A DNA stretch of 64,000 bases from Nemertoderma westbladi. Taxonomy: Eukaryota; Animalia; Xenacoelomorpha. Made by a program: the position numbers and the translations under genes. A model generated the notes under the pieces. It was not told the origin of the DNA. It worked only from the letters and a program-made list of their open reading frames with translations, and did no database searches. This document shows positions 23,301 through 41,300 of this stretch, in pieces. How positions within the stretch are numbered: position 1 is the first letter of the stretch; every line of letters begins with the position of its first letter. Location of the stretch: contig JAUCBJ010005712.1 of NCBI GenBank assembly GCA_032718475.1, positions 62,001 to 126,000 of the forward strand. The letters run 5' to 3'.

Positions 23301-26300
23301 ATAGAATACACAGATAGAATAGAATACACAGATAGAATAGAATACACAGATAGAATAGAATACACAGATAGAATAGAATACACAGATAGAATAGAATACA
23401 CAGATAGAATAGAATACACAGATAGAATAGAATAGAATACACAGATAGAATAGAATACACAGATAGAATAGAATACACAGATAGAATAGAATAGAATACA
23501 CAGATAGAATAGAATACACAGATAGAATAGAATACACAGATAGAATAGAATACACAGATAGAATAGAATACACAGATAGAATAGAATAGAATACACAGAT
23601 AGAATAGAATACACAGATAGAATAGAATACACAGATAGAATAGAATACACAGATAGAATAGAATACACAGATAGAATAGAATACACAGATAGAATAGAAT
23701 ACACAGATAGAATAGAATAGAATACACAGATAGAATAGAATACACAGATAGAATAGAATAGAATACACAGATAGAATAGAATAAATACACAGATAGAATA
23801 GAATAGAATAGAATACACAGATAGAATAGAATACACAGATAGAATAGAATACACAGATAGAATAGAATACACAGATAGAATAGAATACACAGATAGAATA
23901 GAATACACAGATAGAATAGAATACACAGATAGAATAAATAGAATACACAGATAGAATAGAATACACAGATAGAATAGAATACACAGATAGAATAGAATAC
24001 ACAGATAGAATAGAATACACAGATAGAATAGAATACACAGATAGAATAGAATTCACAGATAGAATAGAATACACAGATAGAATAGAATACACAGATAGAA
24101 TAGAATAGAATACACAGATATAATAGAATACACAGATAGAATAGAATAGAATACACAGATAGAATAGAATACACAGATAGAATAGAATACACAGATAGAA
24201 TAGAATACACAGATAGAATAGAATACACATATAGAATAGAATACACAGATAGAATAGAATACACAGATAGAATAGAATACACAGATAGAATAGAATACAC
24301 AGATAGAATAGAATTCACAGATAGAATAGAATACACAGATAGAATAGAATACACAGATAGAATAGAATAGAATACACAGATATAATAGAATACACAGATA
24401 GAATAGAATACACAGATAGAATAGAATACACAGATAGAATAGAATACACAGATAGAATAGAATACACAGATAGAATAGAATACACAGATAGAATAGAATA
24501 CACAGATAGAATAGAATACACAGATAGAATAGAATTCACAGATAGAATAGAATACACAGATAGAATAGAATACACAGATAGAATAGAATAGAATACACAG
24601 ATATAATAGAATACACAGATAGAATAGAATACACAGATAGAATAGAATACACAGATAGAATAGAATACACAGATAGAATAGAATACACAGATAGAATAGA
24701 ATACACAGATAGAATAGAATACACAGATAGAATAGAATACACAGATAGAATAGAATACACAGATAGAATAGAATACACAGATAGAATAGAATACACAGAT
24801 AGAATAGAATACACAGATAGAATAGAATACACAGATAGAATAGAATACACAGATAGAATAGAATAGAATACACAGATATAATAGAATACACATATAGAAT
24901 AGAATACACAGATAGAATAGAATACACAGATAGAATAGAATACACAGATAGAATAGAATACACAGATAGAATAGAATACACAGATAGAATAGACTACACA
25001 GATAGAATAGAATACACAGATGGAATAGAATACACAGATAGAATAGAATACACAGATAGAATAGAATAGAATACACAGATAGAATAGAATACACAGATAG
25101 AATAGAATAGAATACACAGATATAATAGAATACACAGATAGAATAGAATTCACAGATAGAATAGAATAGAATACACAGATATAATAGAATACACAGATAG
25201 AATAGAATACACAGATAGAATAGAATACACATATAGAATAGAATACACAGATAGAATAGAATACACAGATAGAATAGAATACACAGATAGAATAGAATAC
25301 ACAGATAGAATAGAATACACAGATAGAATAGAATAGAATACACAGATAGAATAGAATACACAGATAGAATAGAATAGAATACACAGATAGAATAGAATAC
25401 ACAGATAGAATAGAATACACAGATAGAATAGAATACACAGATAGAATAGAATACACAGATAGAATAGAATACACAGATAGAATAGAATACACAGATAGAA
25501 TAGAATTCACAGATAGAATAGAATTCACAGATAGAATAGAATACACAGATAGAATAGAATACACAGATAGAATAGAATAGAATACACAGATATAATAGAA
25601 TACACAGATAGAATAGAATTCACAGATAGAATAGAATTCACAGATAGAATAGAATACACAGATAGAATAGAATACACAGATAGAATAGAATAGAATACAC
25701 AGATATAATAGAATACACAGATAGAATAGAATTCACAGATAGAATAGAATTCACAGATAGAATAGAATACACAGATAGAATAGAATACACAGATAGAATA
25801 GAATAGAATACACAGATAGAATAGAATACACAGATAGAATAGAATTCACAGATAGAATAGAATACACAGATAGAATAGAATACACAGATAGAATAGAATA
25901 GAATACACAGATATAATAGAATACACAGATAGAATAGAATTCACAGACAGAATAGAATAGAATACACAGATATAATAGAATACACAGATAGAATAGAATA
26001 CACAGATAGAATAGAATACACATATAGAATAGAATACACAGATAGAATAGAATACACAGATAGAATAGAATACACAGATAGAATAGAATACACAGATAGA
26101 ATAGAATTCACAGATAGAATAGAATTCACAGATAGAATAGAATACACAGATAGAATAGAATTCACAGATAGAATAGAATAGAATACACAGATATAATAGA
26201 ATACACAGATAGAATAGAATACACAGATAGAATAGAATACACATATAGAATAGAATACACAGATAGAATAGAATACACAGATAGAATAGAATACACAGAT

Positions 26301-29300
26301 AGAATAGAATACACAGATAGAATAGAATTCACAGATAGAATAGAATACACAGATAGAATAGAATACACAGATAGAATAGAATAGAATACACAGATATAAT
26401 AGAATACACAGATAGAATAGAATACACAGATAGAATAGAATACACATATAGAATAGAATACAGAGATAGAATATAATACACAGATAGAATAGAATACACA
26501 TATAGAATAGAATACACAGATAGAATAGAATACACAGATAGAATAGAATACACAGATAGAATAGAATACACATATAGAATATAATACACAGATAGAATAG
26601 AATACACAGATAGAATCGAATACACATATAGAATATAATACACAGATAGAATAGAATACACAGATAGAATAGAATACACAGATAGAATAGAATACACAGA
26701 TAGAATAGAATACACAGATAGAATAGAATACACATATAGAATAGAATACACAGATAGAATAGAATACACAGATAGAATAGAATACACAGATAGAATAGAA
26801 TACACAGATAGAATAGAATACACATATAGAATAGAATACACAGATAGAATAGAATACACAGATAGAATAGAATACACAGATAGAATAGAATACACAGATA
26901 GAATAGAATACACAGATAGAATAGAATACACAGATAGAATAGAATTCACAGATAGAATAGAATACACAGATAGAATAGAATACACAGATAGAATAGAATA
27001 GAATACACAGATATAATAGAATACACAGATAGAATAGAATACACAGATAGAATAGAATACACATATAGAATAGAATACACATATAGAATAGAATACACAG
27101 ATATAATAGAATACACAGATAGAATAGAATACACAGATAGAATAGAATACACAGATAGAATAGAATACACAGATAGAATAGAATACACAGATAGAATAGA
27201 ATACACAGATAGAATAGAATTCACAGATAGAATAGAATACACAGATAGAATAGAATACACAGATAGAATAGAATAGAATACACAGATATAATAGAATACA
27301 CAGATAGAATAGAATAGAATACACAGATAGAATAGAATACACAGATAGAATAGAATACACAGATAGAATAGAATACACAGATAGAATAGAATACACATAT
27401 AGAATAGAATACACAGATAGAATAGAATACACAGATAGAATAGAATACACAGATAGAATAGAATACACAGATAGAATAGAATTCACAGATAGAATAGAAT
27501 ACACAGATAGAATAGAATACACAGATAGAATAGAATAGAATACACAGATATAATAGAATACACAGATAGAATAGAATACACAGATAGAATAGAATACACA
27601 GATAGAATAGAATACACAGATAGAATAGAATACACAGATAGAATAGAATACACAGATAGAATAGAATACACAGATAGAATAGAATACACAGATAGAATAG
27701 AATTCACAGATAGAATAGAATACACAGATAGAATAGAATACACAGATAGAATAGAATAGAATACACAGATATAATAGAATACACAGATAGAATAGAATAC
27801 ACAGATAGAATAGAATACACATATAGAATAGAATACACATATAGAATAGAATACACAGATATAATAGAATACACAGATAGAATAGAATACACATATAGAA
27901 TAGAATACACAGATAGAATAGAATACACAGATAGAATAGAATACACAGATAGAATAGAATACACAGATAGAATAGAATTCACAGATAGAATAGAATACAC
28001 AGATAGAATAGAATACACAGATAGAATAGAATAGAATACACAGATATAATAGAATACACAGATAGAATAGAATACACAATAGAATACACAGATAGAATAG
28101 AATACACAGATAGAATAGAATACACAGATAGAATAGAATACACATATAGAATAGAATACACAGATAGAATAGAATACACAGATAGAATAGAATACACAGA
28201 TAGAATAGAATACACAGATAGAATAGAATTCACAGATAGAATAGAATACACAGATAGAATAGAATACACAGATAGAATAGAATAGAATACACAGATATAA
28301 TAGAATACACAGATAGAATAGAATACACAGATAGAATAGAATACACAGATAGAATAGAATACACAGATAGAATAGAATACACAGATAGAATAGAATTCAC
28401 AGATAGAATAGAATACACAGATAGAATAGAATAGAATACACAGATATAATAGAATACACAGATATAATAGAATACACAGATAGAATAGAATACACAGATA
28501 GAATAGAATACACAGATAGAATAGAATACACAAATAGAATAGAATACACAGATAGAATAGAATACACAGATAGAATAGAATACAAAGATAGAATAGAATA
28601 CACAGATAAAATAGAATACACAGATAGAATAGAATACACAGATACAATAGAATACACATATAGAATAGAATACACAGATAGAATAGAATACAAAGATGGA
28701 ATATAATACAAAGATGGAATAGAATACACAGATAGAATAGAATACACAGATAGAATAGAATACACAGATACAATAGAATACACATATAGAATAGAATACA
28801 CATATAGAATAGAATACACAGATAGAATAGAATACAAAGATGGAATAGAATACACAGATAGAATAGAATACACAGATAGAATAGAATACACAGATAGAAT
28901 AGAATACACAGATAGAATAGAATACACAGATAGAATAGAATACACAGATAGAATAGAATTCACAGATAGAATAGAATACACAGATAGAATAGAATACAAA
29001 GATGGAATAGAATACACAGATAGAATAGAATACACAGATAGAATAGAATACACAGATAGAATAGAATACAGAGATAGAATATAATACACAGATAGAATAG
29101 AATACACAGATAGAATAGAATACACAGATAGAATAGAATACACAGATAGAATAGAATACACAGATAGAATAGAATACACAGACAGAATAGAATACACAGA
29201 TAGAATAGAATAGAATACACAGATAGAATAGAATACACAGATATAATAGAATACACAGATAGAATAGAATACACAGATAGAATATAATACACAGATGGAA

Positions 29301-32300
29301 TAGAGTACACAGATAGAATAGAATACACAGATAGAATAGAATACACAGATAGAATAGAATACACAGATATAATAGAATACACAGATAGAATAGAATACAC
29401 AGACAGAATAGAATACACAGATAGAATAGAATAGAATACACAGATAGAATAGAATACACAGATAGAATAGAATACACAGATAGAATAGAATAGAATACAC
29501 AGATAGAATAGAATACACAGATATAATAGAATACACAGATAGAATAGAATACACAGATAGAATAGAATACACAGATAGAATAGAATAGAATACACAGATA
29601 GAATAGAATACACAGATATAATAGAATACACAGATAGAATAGAATACACAGATATAATAGAATACACAGATAGAATAGAATACACAGACAGAATAGAATA
29701 CACAGATAGAATAGAATAGAATACACAGACAGAATAGAATACACAGATAGAATAGAATAGAATACACAGATAGAATAGAATATAATACACAGATAGAATA
29801 GAATAGAATAGAATACACAGATAGAATAGAATACACAGATATAATAGAATACACAGATAGAATAGAATACACAGATATAATAGAATACACAGATAGAATA
29901 GAATACACAGACAGAATAGAATACACAGATAGAATATAATAGAATACACAGATAGAATAGAATACACATATAGAATAGAATACACAGATAGAATAGAATA
30001 CACAGATAGAATAGAATACACAGATAGAATAGAATACACAGATAGAATAGAATTCACAGATAGAATAGAATACACAGATAGAATAGAATACACAGATAGA
30101 ATAGAATAGAATACACAGATATAATAGAATACACAGATAGAATAGAATAGAATACACAGATAGAATAGAATACACAGATAGAATAGAATACACAGATAGA
30201 ATAGAATACACAGATAGAATAGAATACACATATAGAATAGAATACACAGATAGAATAGAATACACAGATAGAATAGAATACACAGATAGAATAGAATACA
30301 CAGATAGAATAGAATTCACAGATAGAATAGAATACACAGATAGAATAGAATACACAGATAGAATAGAATAGAATACACAGATATAATAGAATACACAGAT
30401 AGAATAGAATACACAGATAGAATAGAATACACAGATAGAATAGAATACACAGATAGAATAGAATACACAGATAGAATAGAATACACAGATAGAATAGAAT
30501 ACACAGATAGAATAGAATACACAGATAGAATAGAATTCACAGATAGAATAGAATACACAGATAGAATAGAATACACAGATAGAATAGAATAGAATACACA
30601 GATATAATAGAATACACAGATAGAATAGAATACACAGATAGAATAGAATACACATATAGAATAGAATACACATATAGAATAGAATACACAGATATAATAG
30701 AATACACAGATAGAATAGAATACACATATAGAATAGAATACACAGATAGAATAGAATACACAGATAGAATAGAATACACAGATAGAATAGAATACACAGA
30801 TAGAATAGAATTCACAGATAGAATAGAATACACAGATAGAATAGAATACACAGATAGAATAGAATAGAATACACAGATATAATAGAATACACAGATAGAA
30901 TAGAATACACAATAGAATACACAGATAGAATAGAATACACAGATAGAATAGAATACACAGATAGAATAGAATACACATATAGAATAGAATACACAGATAG
31001 AATAGAATACACAGATAGAATAGAATACACAGATAGAATAGAATACACAGATAGAATAGAATTCACAGATAGAATAGAATACACAGATAGAATAGAATAC
31101 ACAGATAGAATAGAATAGAATACACAGATATAATAGAATACACAGATAGAATAGAATACACAGATAGAATAGAATACACAGATAGAATAGAATACACAGA
31201 TAGAATAGAATACACAGATAGAATAGAATTCACAGATAGAATAGAATACACAGATAGAATAGAATAGAATACACAGATATAATAGAATACACAGATATAA
31301 TAGAATACACAGATAGAATAGAATACACAGATAGAATAGAATACACAGATAGAATAGAATACACAAATAGAATAGAATACACAGATAGAATAGAATACAC
31401 AGATAGAATAGAATACAAAGATAGAATAGAATACACAGATAAAATAGAATACACAGATAGAATAGAATACACAGATACAATAGAATACACATATAGAATA
31501 GAATACACAGATAGAATAGAATACAAAGATGGAATATAATACAAAGATGGAATAGAATACACAGATAGAATAGAATACACAGATAGAATAGAATACACAG
31601 ATACAATAGAATACACATATAGAATAGAATACACATATAGAATAGAATACACAGATAGAATAGAATACAAAGATGGAATAGAATACACAGATAGAATAGA
31701 ATACACAGATAGAATAGAATACACAGATAGAATAGAATACACAGATAGAATAGAATACACAGATAGAATAGAATACACAGATAGAATAGAATTCACAGAT
31801 AGAATAGAATACACAGATAGAATAGAATACAAAGATGGAATAGAATACACAGATAGAATAGAATACACAGATAGAATAGAATACACAGATAGAATAGAAT
31901 ACAGAGATAGAATATAATACACAGATAGAATAGAATACACAGATAGAATAGAATACACAGATAGAATAGAATACACAGATAGAATAGAATACACAGATAG
32001 AATAGAATACACAGACAGAATAGAATACACAGATAGAATAGAATAGAATACACAGATAGAATAGAATACACAGATATAATAGAATACACAGATAGAATAG
32101 AATACACAGATAGAATATAATACACAGATGGAATAGAGTACACAGATAGAATAGAATACACAGATAGAATAGAATACACAGATAGAATAGAATACACAGA
32201 TATAATAGAATACACAGATAGAATAGAATACACAGACAGAATAGAATACACAGATAGAATAGAATAGAATACACAGATAGAATAGAATACACAGATAGAA

Positions 32301-35300
32301 TAGAATACACAGATAGAATAGAATAGAATACACAGATAGAATAGAATACACAGATATAATAGAATACACAGATAGAATAGAATACACAGATAGAATAGAA
32401 TACACAGATAGAATAGAATAGAATACACAGATAGAATAGAATACACAGATATAATAGAATACACAGATAGAATAGAATACACAGATATAATAGAATACAC
32501 AGATAGAATAGAATACACAGACAGAATAGAATACACAGATAGAATAGAATAGAATACACAGACAGAATAGAATACACAGATAGAATAGAATAGAATACAC
32601 AGATAGAATAGAATATAATACACAGATAGAATAGAATAGAATAGAATACACAGATAGAATAGAATACACAGATATAATAGAATACACAGATAGAATAGAA
32701 TACACAGATATAATAGAATACACAGATAGAATAGAATACACAGACAGAATAGAATACACAGATAGAATAGAATAGAATACACAGATAGAATAGAATACAC
32801 AGATAGAATAGAATACACAGATAGAATAGAATACACAGATAGAATAGAATACACAGATAGAATAGAATACACAGATAGAATAGAATACACAGATAGAATA
32901 GAATACACAGATAGAATAGAATACACAGATAGAATAGAATACACAGATAGAATAGAATACACAGATAGAATAGAATACACAGATAGAATAGAATACACAG
33001 ATAGAATAGAATACACAGATAGAATAGAATACACAGATAGAATAGAATACAGAGATAGAATATAATACACAGATAGAATAGAATACACAGATAGAATAGA
33101 ATACACAGATAGAATAGAATACACAGATAGAATAGAATACACAGATAGAATAGAATACACAGATAGAATAGAATACACAGATAGAATAGAATACACAGAT
33201 AGAATAGAATACACAGATAGAATAGAATACACAGATAGAATAGAATACACAGATAGAATAGAATACAGAGATAGAATATAATACACAGATAGAATAGAAT
33301 ACAGAGATAGAATAGAATACACAGATAGAATAGAATACAGAGATAGAATAGAATACACAGATAGAATAGAATACAGAGATAGAATATAATACACAGATAG
33401 AATAGAATACAGAGATAGAATAGAATACACAGATAGAATAGAATACACAGATAGAATAGAATACACAGATAGAATAGAATACACAGATAGAATAGAATAC
33501 ACAGATAGAATAGAATACAGAGATAGAATATAATACACAGATAGAATAGAATACACAGATAGCATAGAATACACAGATAGAATAGAATACACAGATAGAA
33601 TAGAATACAGAGATAGAATATAATACACAGATAGAATAGAATACACAGATAGAATAGAATACACAGATAGAATAGAATACACAGATAGAATAGAATACAC
33701 AGATAGAATAGAATACAGAGATAGAATATAATACACAGATAGAATAGAATACACAGATAGAATAGAATACACAGATAGAATAGAATACACAGATAGAATA
33801 GAATACACAGATAGAATAGAATACACAGATAGAATAGAATACACAGATAGAATAGAATACACAGATAGAATAGAATACACAGATAGAATAGAATACAGAG
33901 ATAGAATATAATACACAGATAGAATAGAATACACAGATAGAATAGAATACACAGATAGAATAGAATACACAGATAGATTAGAATACACAGATAGAATAGA
34001 ATACAGAGATAGAATATAATACACAGATAGAATAGAATACACAGATAGAATAGAATACACAGATAGAATAGAATACACAGATAGAATAGAATACACAGAT
34101 AGAATAGAATACACAGATAGAATAGAATACACAGATAGAATAGATTACAGAGATAGAATAGATTACAGAGATAGAATATAATACACAGATAGAATATAAT
34201 ACACAGATATAATAGAATACACAGATAGAATAGAATACACAGATAGAATAGAATACACAGATAGAATAGAATACACAGATAGAATAGAATACACAGATAG
34301 AATAGAATACACATATAGAATAGAATACACATATAGAATAGAATACACATATAGAATAGAATACACATATAGAATAGAATACACAGATAGAATAGAATAC
34401 ACAGATAGAATAGAATACACATATAGAATAGAATACACAGATAGAATAGAATACACAGATAGAATAGAATACACAGATAGAATAGAATACACAGATAGAA
34501 TAGAAAACACAGATAGAATAGAATACACATATAGAATAGAATACACAGATAGAATAGAATACACAGATAGAATAGAATACACAGATAGAATAGAATACAC
34601 AGATAGAATAGAATACACAGACAGAATAGAATAGAATACACAGATAGAATAGAATACACAGATAGAATAGAATACACAGATAGAATAGAATACACAGATA
34701 GAATAGAATACACAGATAGAATAGAATACACAGATAGAATAGAATACACAGATAGAATAGAATACACAGATAGAATAGAATACACAGATAGAATAGAATA
34801 CACAGATAGAATAGAATACACAGATAGAATAGAATACACAGATAGAATAGAATACACAGATAGAATAGAATACACAGATAGAATAGAATACACAGATAGA
34901 ATAGAATACACAGATAGAATAGAATACACAGATAGAATAGAATAGAATACACAGATAGAATAGAATACACAGATAGAATAGAATACACAGATAGAATAGA
35001 ATACACAGATAGAATAGAATAGAATACACAGATATAATAGAATACACAGATAGAATAGAATACACAGATAGAATAGAATAGAATACACAGATATAATAGA
35101 ATACACAGATAGAATAGAATACACAGATAGAATAGAATACACAATAGAATAGAATAGAATACACAGATATAATAGAATACACAGATAGAATAGAATACAC
35201 AGATAGAATAGAATACACAGATAGAATAGAATAGAATACACAGATATAATAGAATACACAGATAGAATAGAATACACAGATAGAATAGAATACACAGATA

Positions 35301-38300
35301 GAATAGAATAGAATACACAGATAGAATAGAATACACAGATAGAATAGAATACACAGATAGAATAGAATACACAGATAGAATAGAATACACAGATAGAATA
35401 GAATACACAGATAGAATAGAATACACATATAGAATAGAATACACAGATAGAATAGAATACACAGATAGAATAGAATACACAGATAGAATAGAATACACAG
35501 ATAGAATAGAATACACAGATAGAATAGAATACACAGATAGAATAGAATACACAGATAGAATAGAATACACAGATAGAATAGAATACACAGATAGAATAGA
35601 ATAGAATACACAGATAGAATAGAATACACAGATAGAATAGAATAGAATACACAGATATAATAGAATACACAGATAGAATAGAATACACAGATAGAATAGA
35701 ATAGAATACACAGATAGAATAGAATACACAGATAGAATAGAATACACAGATAGAATAGAATACACATATAGAATAGAATACACAGATAGAATAGAATACA
35801 CAGATAGAATAGAATACACAGATAGAATAGAATACACAGATAGAATAGAATACACAGATAGAATAGAATAGAATACACAGATAGAATAGAATACACAGAT
35901 AGAATAGAATAGAATACACAGATAGAATAGAATACACAGATAGAATAGAATACACAGATAGAATAGAATACACAGATAGAATAGAATACACAGATAGAAT
36001 AGAATACACAGATAGAATAGAATACACAGATAGAATAGAATACACAGATAGAATAGAATTCACAGATAGAATAGAATACACAGATAGAATAGAATACACA
36101 GATAGAATAGAATAGAATACACAGATATAATAGAATACACAGATAGAATAGAATTCACAGATAGAATAGAATTCACAGATAGAATAGAATACACAGATAG
36201 AATAGAATACACAGATAGAATAGAATAGAATACACAGATATAATAGAATACACAGATAGAATAGAATTCACAGATAGAATAGAATTCACAGATAGAATAG
36301 AATACACAGATAGAATAGAATACACAGATAGAATAGAATAGAATACACAGATATAATAGAATACACAGATAGAATAGAATTCACAGATAGAATAGAATAC
36401 ACAGATAGAATAGAATACACAGATAGAATAGAATAGAATACACAGATATAATAGAATACACAGATAGAATAGAATTCACAGATAGAATAGAATAGAATAC
36501 ACAGATATAATAGAATACACAGATAGAATAGAATACACAGATAGAATAGAATACACATATAGAATAGAATACACAGATAGAATAGAATACACAGATAGAA
36601 TAGAATACACAGATAGAATAGAATACACAGATAGAATAGAATTCACAGATAGAATAGAATTCACAGATAGAATAGAATACACAGATAGAATAGAATTCAC
36701 AGATAGAATAGAATAGAATACACAGATATAATAGAATACACAGATAGAATAGAATACACAGATAGAATAGAATACACATATAGAATAGAATACACAGATA
36801 GAATAGAATACACAGATAGAATAGAATACACAGATAGAATAGAATACACAGATAGAATAGAATTCACAGATAGAATAGAATACACAGATAGAATAGAATA
36901 CACAGATAGAATAGAATAGAATACACAGATATAATAGAATACACAGATAGAATAGAATACACAGATAGAATAGAATACACATATAGAATAGAATACAGAG
37001 ATAGAATATAATACACAGATAGAATAGAATACACATATAGAATAGAATACACAGATAGAATAGAATACACAGATAGAATAGAATACACAGATAGAATAGA
37101 ATACACATATAGAATATAATACACAGATAGAATAGAATACACAGATAGAATCGAATACACATATAGAATATAATACACAGATAGAATAGAATACACAGAT
37201 AGAATAGAATACACAGATAGAATAGAATACACAGATAGAATAGAATACACAGATAGAATAGAATACACATATAGAATATAATACACAGATAGAATAGAAT
37301 ACACAGATAGAATAGAATACACAGATAGAATAGAATACACAGATAGAATAGAATACACATATAGAATAGAATACACAGATAGAATAGAATACACAGATAG
37401 AATAGAATACACAGATAGAATAGAATACACAGATAGAATAGAATACACAGATAGAATAGAATACACAGATAGAATAGAATTCACAGATAGAATAGAATAC
37501 ACAGATAGAATAGAATACACAGATAGAATAGAATAGAATACACAGATATAATAGAATACACAGATAGAATAGAATACACAGATAGAATAGAATACACATA
37601 TAGAATAGAATACACATATAGAATAGAATACACAGATATAATAGAATACACAGATAGAATAGAATACACATATAGAATAGAATACACAGATAGAATAGAA
37701 TACACAGATAGAATAGAATACACAGATAGAATAGAATACACAGATAGAATAGAATTCACAGATAGAATAGAATACACAGATAGAATAGAATACACAGATA
37801 GAATAGAATAGAATACACAGATATAATAGAATACACAGATAGAATAGAATAGAATACACAGATAGAATAGAATACACAGATAGAATAGAATACACAGATA
37901 GAATAGAATACACAGATAGAATAGAATACACATATAGAATAGAATACACAGATAGAATAGAATACACAGATAGAATAGAATACACAGATAGAATAGAATA
38001 CACAGATAGAATAGAATTCACAGATAGAATAGAATACACAGATAGAATAGAATACACAGATAGAATAGAATAGAATACACAGATATAATAGAATACACAG
38101 ATAGAATAGAATACACAGATAGAATAGAATACACAGATAGAATAGAATACACAGATAGAATAGAATACACAGATAGAATAGAATACACAGATAGAATAGA
38201 ATACACAGATAGAATAGAATACACAGATAGAATAGAATTCACAGATAGAATAGAATACACAGATAGAATAGAATACACAGATAGAATAGAATAGAATACA

Positions 38301-41300
38301 CAGATATAATAGAATACACAGATAGAATAGAATACACAGATAGAATAGAATACACATATAGAATAGAATACACATATAGAATAGAATACACAGATATAAT
38401 AGAATACACAGATAGAATAGAATACACATATAGAATAGAATACACAGATAGAATAGAATACACAGATAGAATAGAATACACAGATAGAATAGAATACACA
38501 GATAGAATAGAATTCACAGATAGAATAGAATACACAGATAGAATAGAATACACAGATAGAATAGAATAGAATACACAGATATAATAGAATACACAGATAG
38601 AATAGAATACACAATAGAATACACAGATAGAATAGAATACACAGATAGAATAGAATACACAGATAGAATAGAATACACATATAGAATAGAATACACAGAT
38701 AGAATAGAATACACAGATAGAATAGAATACACAGATAGAATAGAATACACAGATAGAATAGAATTCACAGATAGAATAGAATACACAGATAGAATAGAAT
38801 ACACAGATAGAATAGAATAGAATACACAGATATAATAGAATACACAGATAGAATAGAATACACAGATAGAATAGAATACACAGATAGAATAGAATACACA
38901 GATAGAATAGAATACACAGATAGAATAGAATTCACAGATAGAATAGAATACACAGATAGAATAGAATAGAATACACAGATATAATAGAATACACAGATAT
39001 AATAGAATACACAGATAGAATAGAATACACAGATAGAATAGAATACACAGATAGAATAGAATACACAAATAGAATAGAATACACAGATAGAATAGAATAC
39101 ACAGATAGAATAGAATACAAAGATAGAATAGAATACACAGATAAAATAGAATACACAGATAGAATAGAATACACAGATACAATAGAATACACATATAGAA
39201 TAGAATACACAGATAGAATAGAATACAAAGATGGAATATAATACAAAGATGGAATAGAATACACAGATAGAATAGAATACACAGATAGAATAGAATACAC
39301 AGATACAATAGAATACACATATAGAATAGAATACACATATAGAATAGAATACACAGATAGAATAGAATACAAAGATGGAATAGAATACACAGATAGAATA
39401 GAATACACAGATAGAATAGAATACACAGATAGAATAGAATACACAGATAGAATAGAATACACAGATAGAATAGAATACACAGATAGAATAGAATTCACAG
39501 ATAGAATAGAATACACAGATAGAATAGAATACAAAGATGGAATAGAATACACAGATAGAATAGAATACACAGATAGAATAGAATACACAGATAGAATAGA
39601 ATACAGAGATAGAATATAATACACAGATAGAATAGAATACACAGATAGAATAGAATACACAGATAGAATAGAATACACAGATAGAATAGAATACACAGAT
39701 AGAATAGAATACACAGACAGAATAGAATACACAGATAGAATAGAATAGAATACACAGATAGAATAGAATACACAGATATAATAGAATACACAGATAGAAT
39801 AGAATACACAGATAGAATATAATACACAGATGGAATAGAGTACACAGATAGAATAGAATACACAGATAGAATAGAATACACAGATAGAATAGAATACACA
39901 GATATAATAGAATACACAGATAGAATAGAATACACAGACAGAATAGAATACACAGATAGAATAGAATAGAATACACAGATAGAATAGAATACACAGATAG
40001 AATAGAATACACAGATAGAATAGAATAGAATACACAGATAGAATAGAATACACAGATATAATAGAATACACAGATAGAATAGAATACACAGATAGAATAG
40101 AATACACAGATAGAATAGAATAGAATACACAGATAGAATAGAATACACAGATATAATAGAATACACAGATAGAATAGAATACACAGATATAATAGAATAC
40201 ACAGATAGAATAGAATACACAGACAGAATAGAATACACAGATAGAATAGAATAGAATACACAGACAGAATAGAATACACAGATAGAATAGAATAGAATAC
40301 ACAGATAGAATAGAATATAATACACAGATAGAATAGAATAGAATAGAATACACAGATAGAATAGAATACACAGATATAATAGAATACACAGATAGAATAG
40401 AATACACAGATATAATAGAATACACAGATAGAATAGAATACACAGACAGAATAGAATACACAGATAGAATATAATAGAATACACAGATAGAATAGAATAC
40501 ACATATAGAATAGAATACACAGATAGAATAGAATACACAGATAGAATAGAATACACAGATAGAATAGAATACACAGATAGAATAGAATTCACAGATAGAA
40601 TAGAATACACAGATAGAATAGAATACACAGATAGAATAGAATAGAATACACAGATATAATAGAATACACAGATAGAATAGAATAGAATACACAGATAGAA
40701 TAGAATACACAGATAGAATAGAATACACAGATAGAATAGAATACACAGATAGAATAGAATACACATATAGAATAGAATACACAGATAGAATAGAATACAC
40801 AGATAGAATAGAATACACAGATAGAATAGAATACACAGATAGAATAGAATTCACAGATAGAATAGAATACACAGATAGAATAGAATACACAGATAGAATA
40901 GAATAGAATACACAGATATAATAGAATACACAGATAGAATAGAATACACAGATAGAATAGAATACACAGATAGAATAGAATACACAGATAGAATAGAATA
41001 CACAGATAGAATAGAATACACAGATAGAATAGAATACACAGATAGAATAGAATACACAGATAGAATAGAATTCACAGATAGAATAGAATACACAGATAGA
41101 ATAGAATACACAGATAGAATAGAATAGAATACACAGATATAATAGAATACACAGATAGAATAGAATACACAGATAGAATAGAATACACATATAGAATAGA
41201 ATACACATATAGAATAGAATACACAGATATAATAGAATACACAGATAGAATAGAATACACATATAGAATAGAATACACAGATAGAATAGAATACACAGAT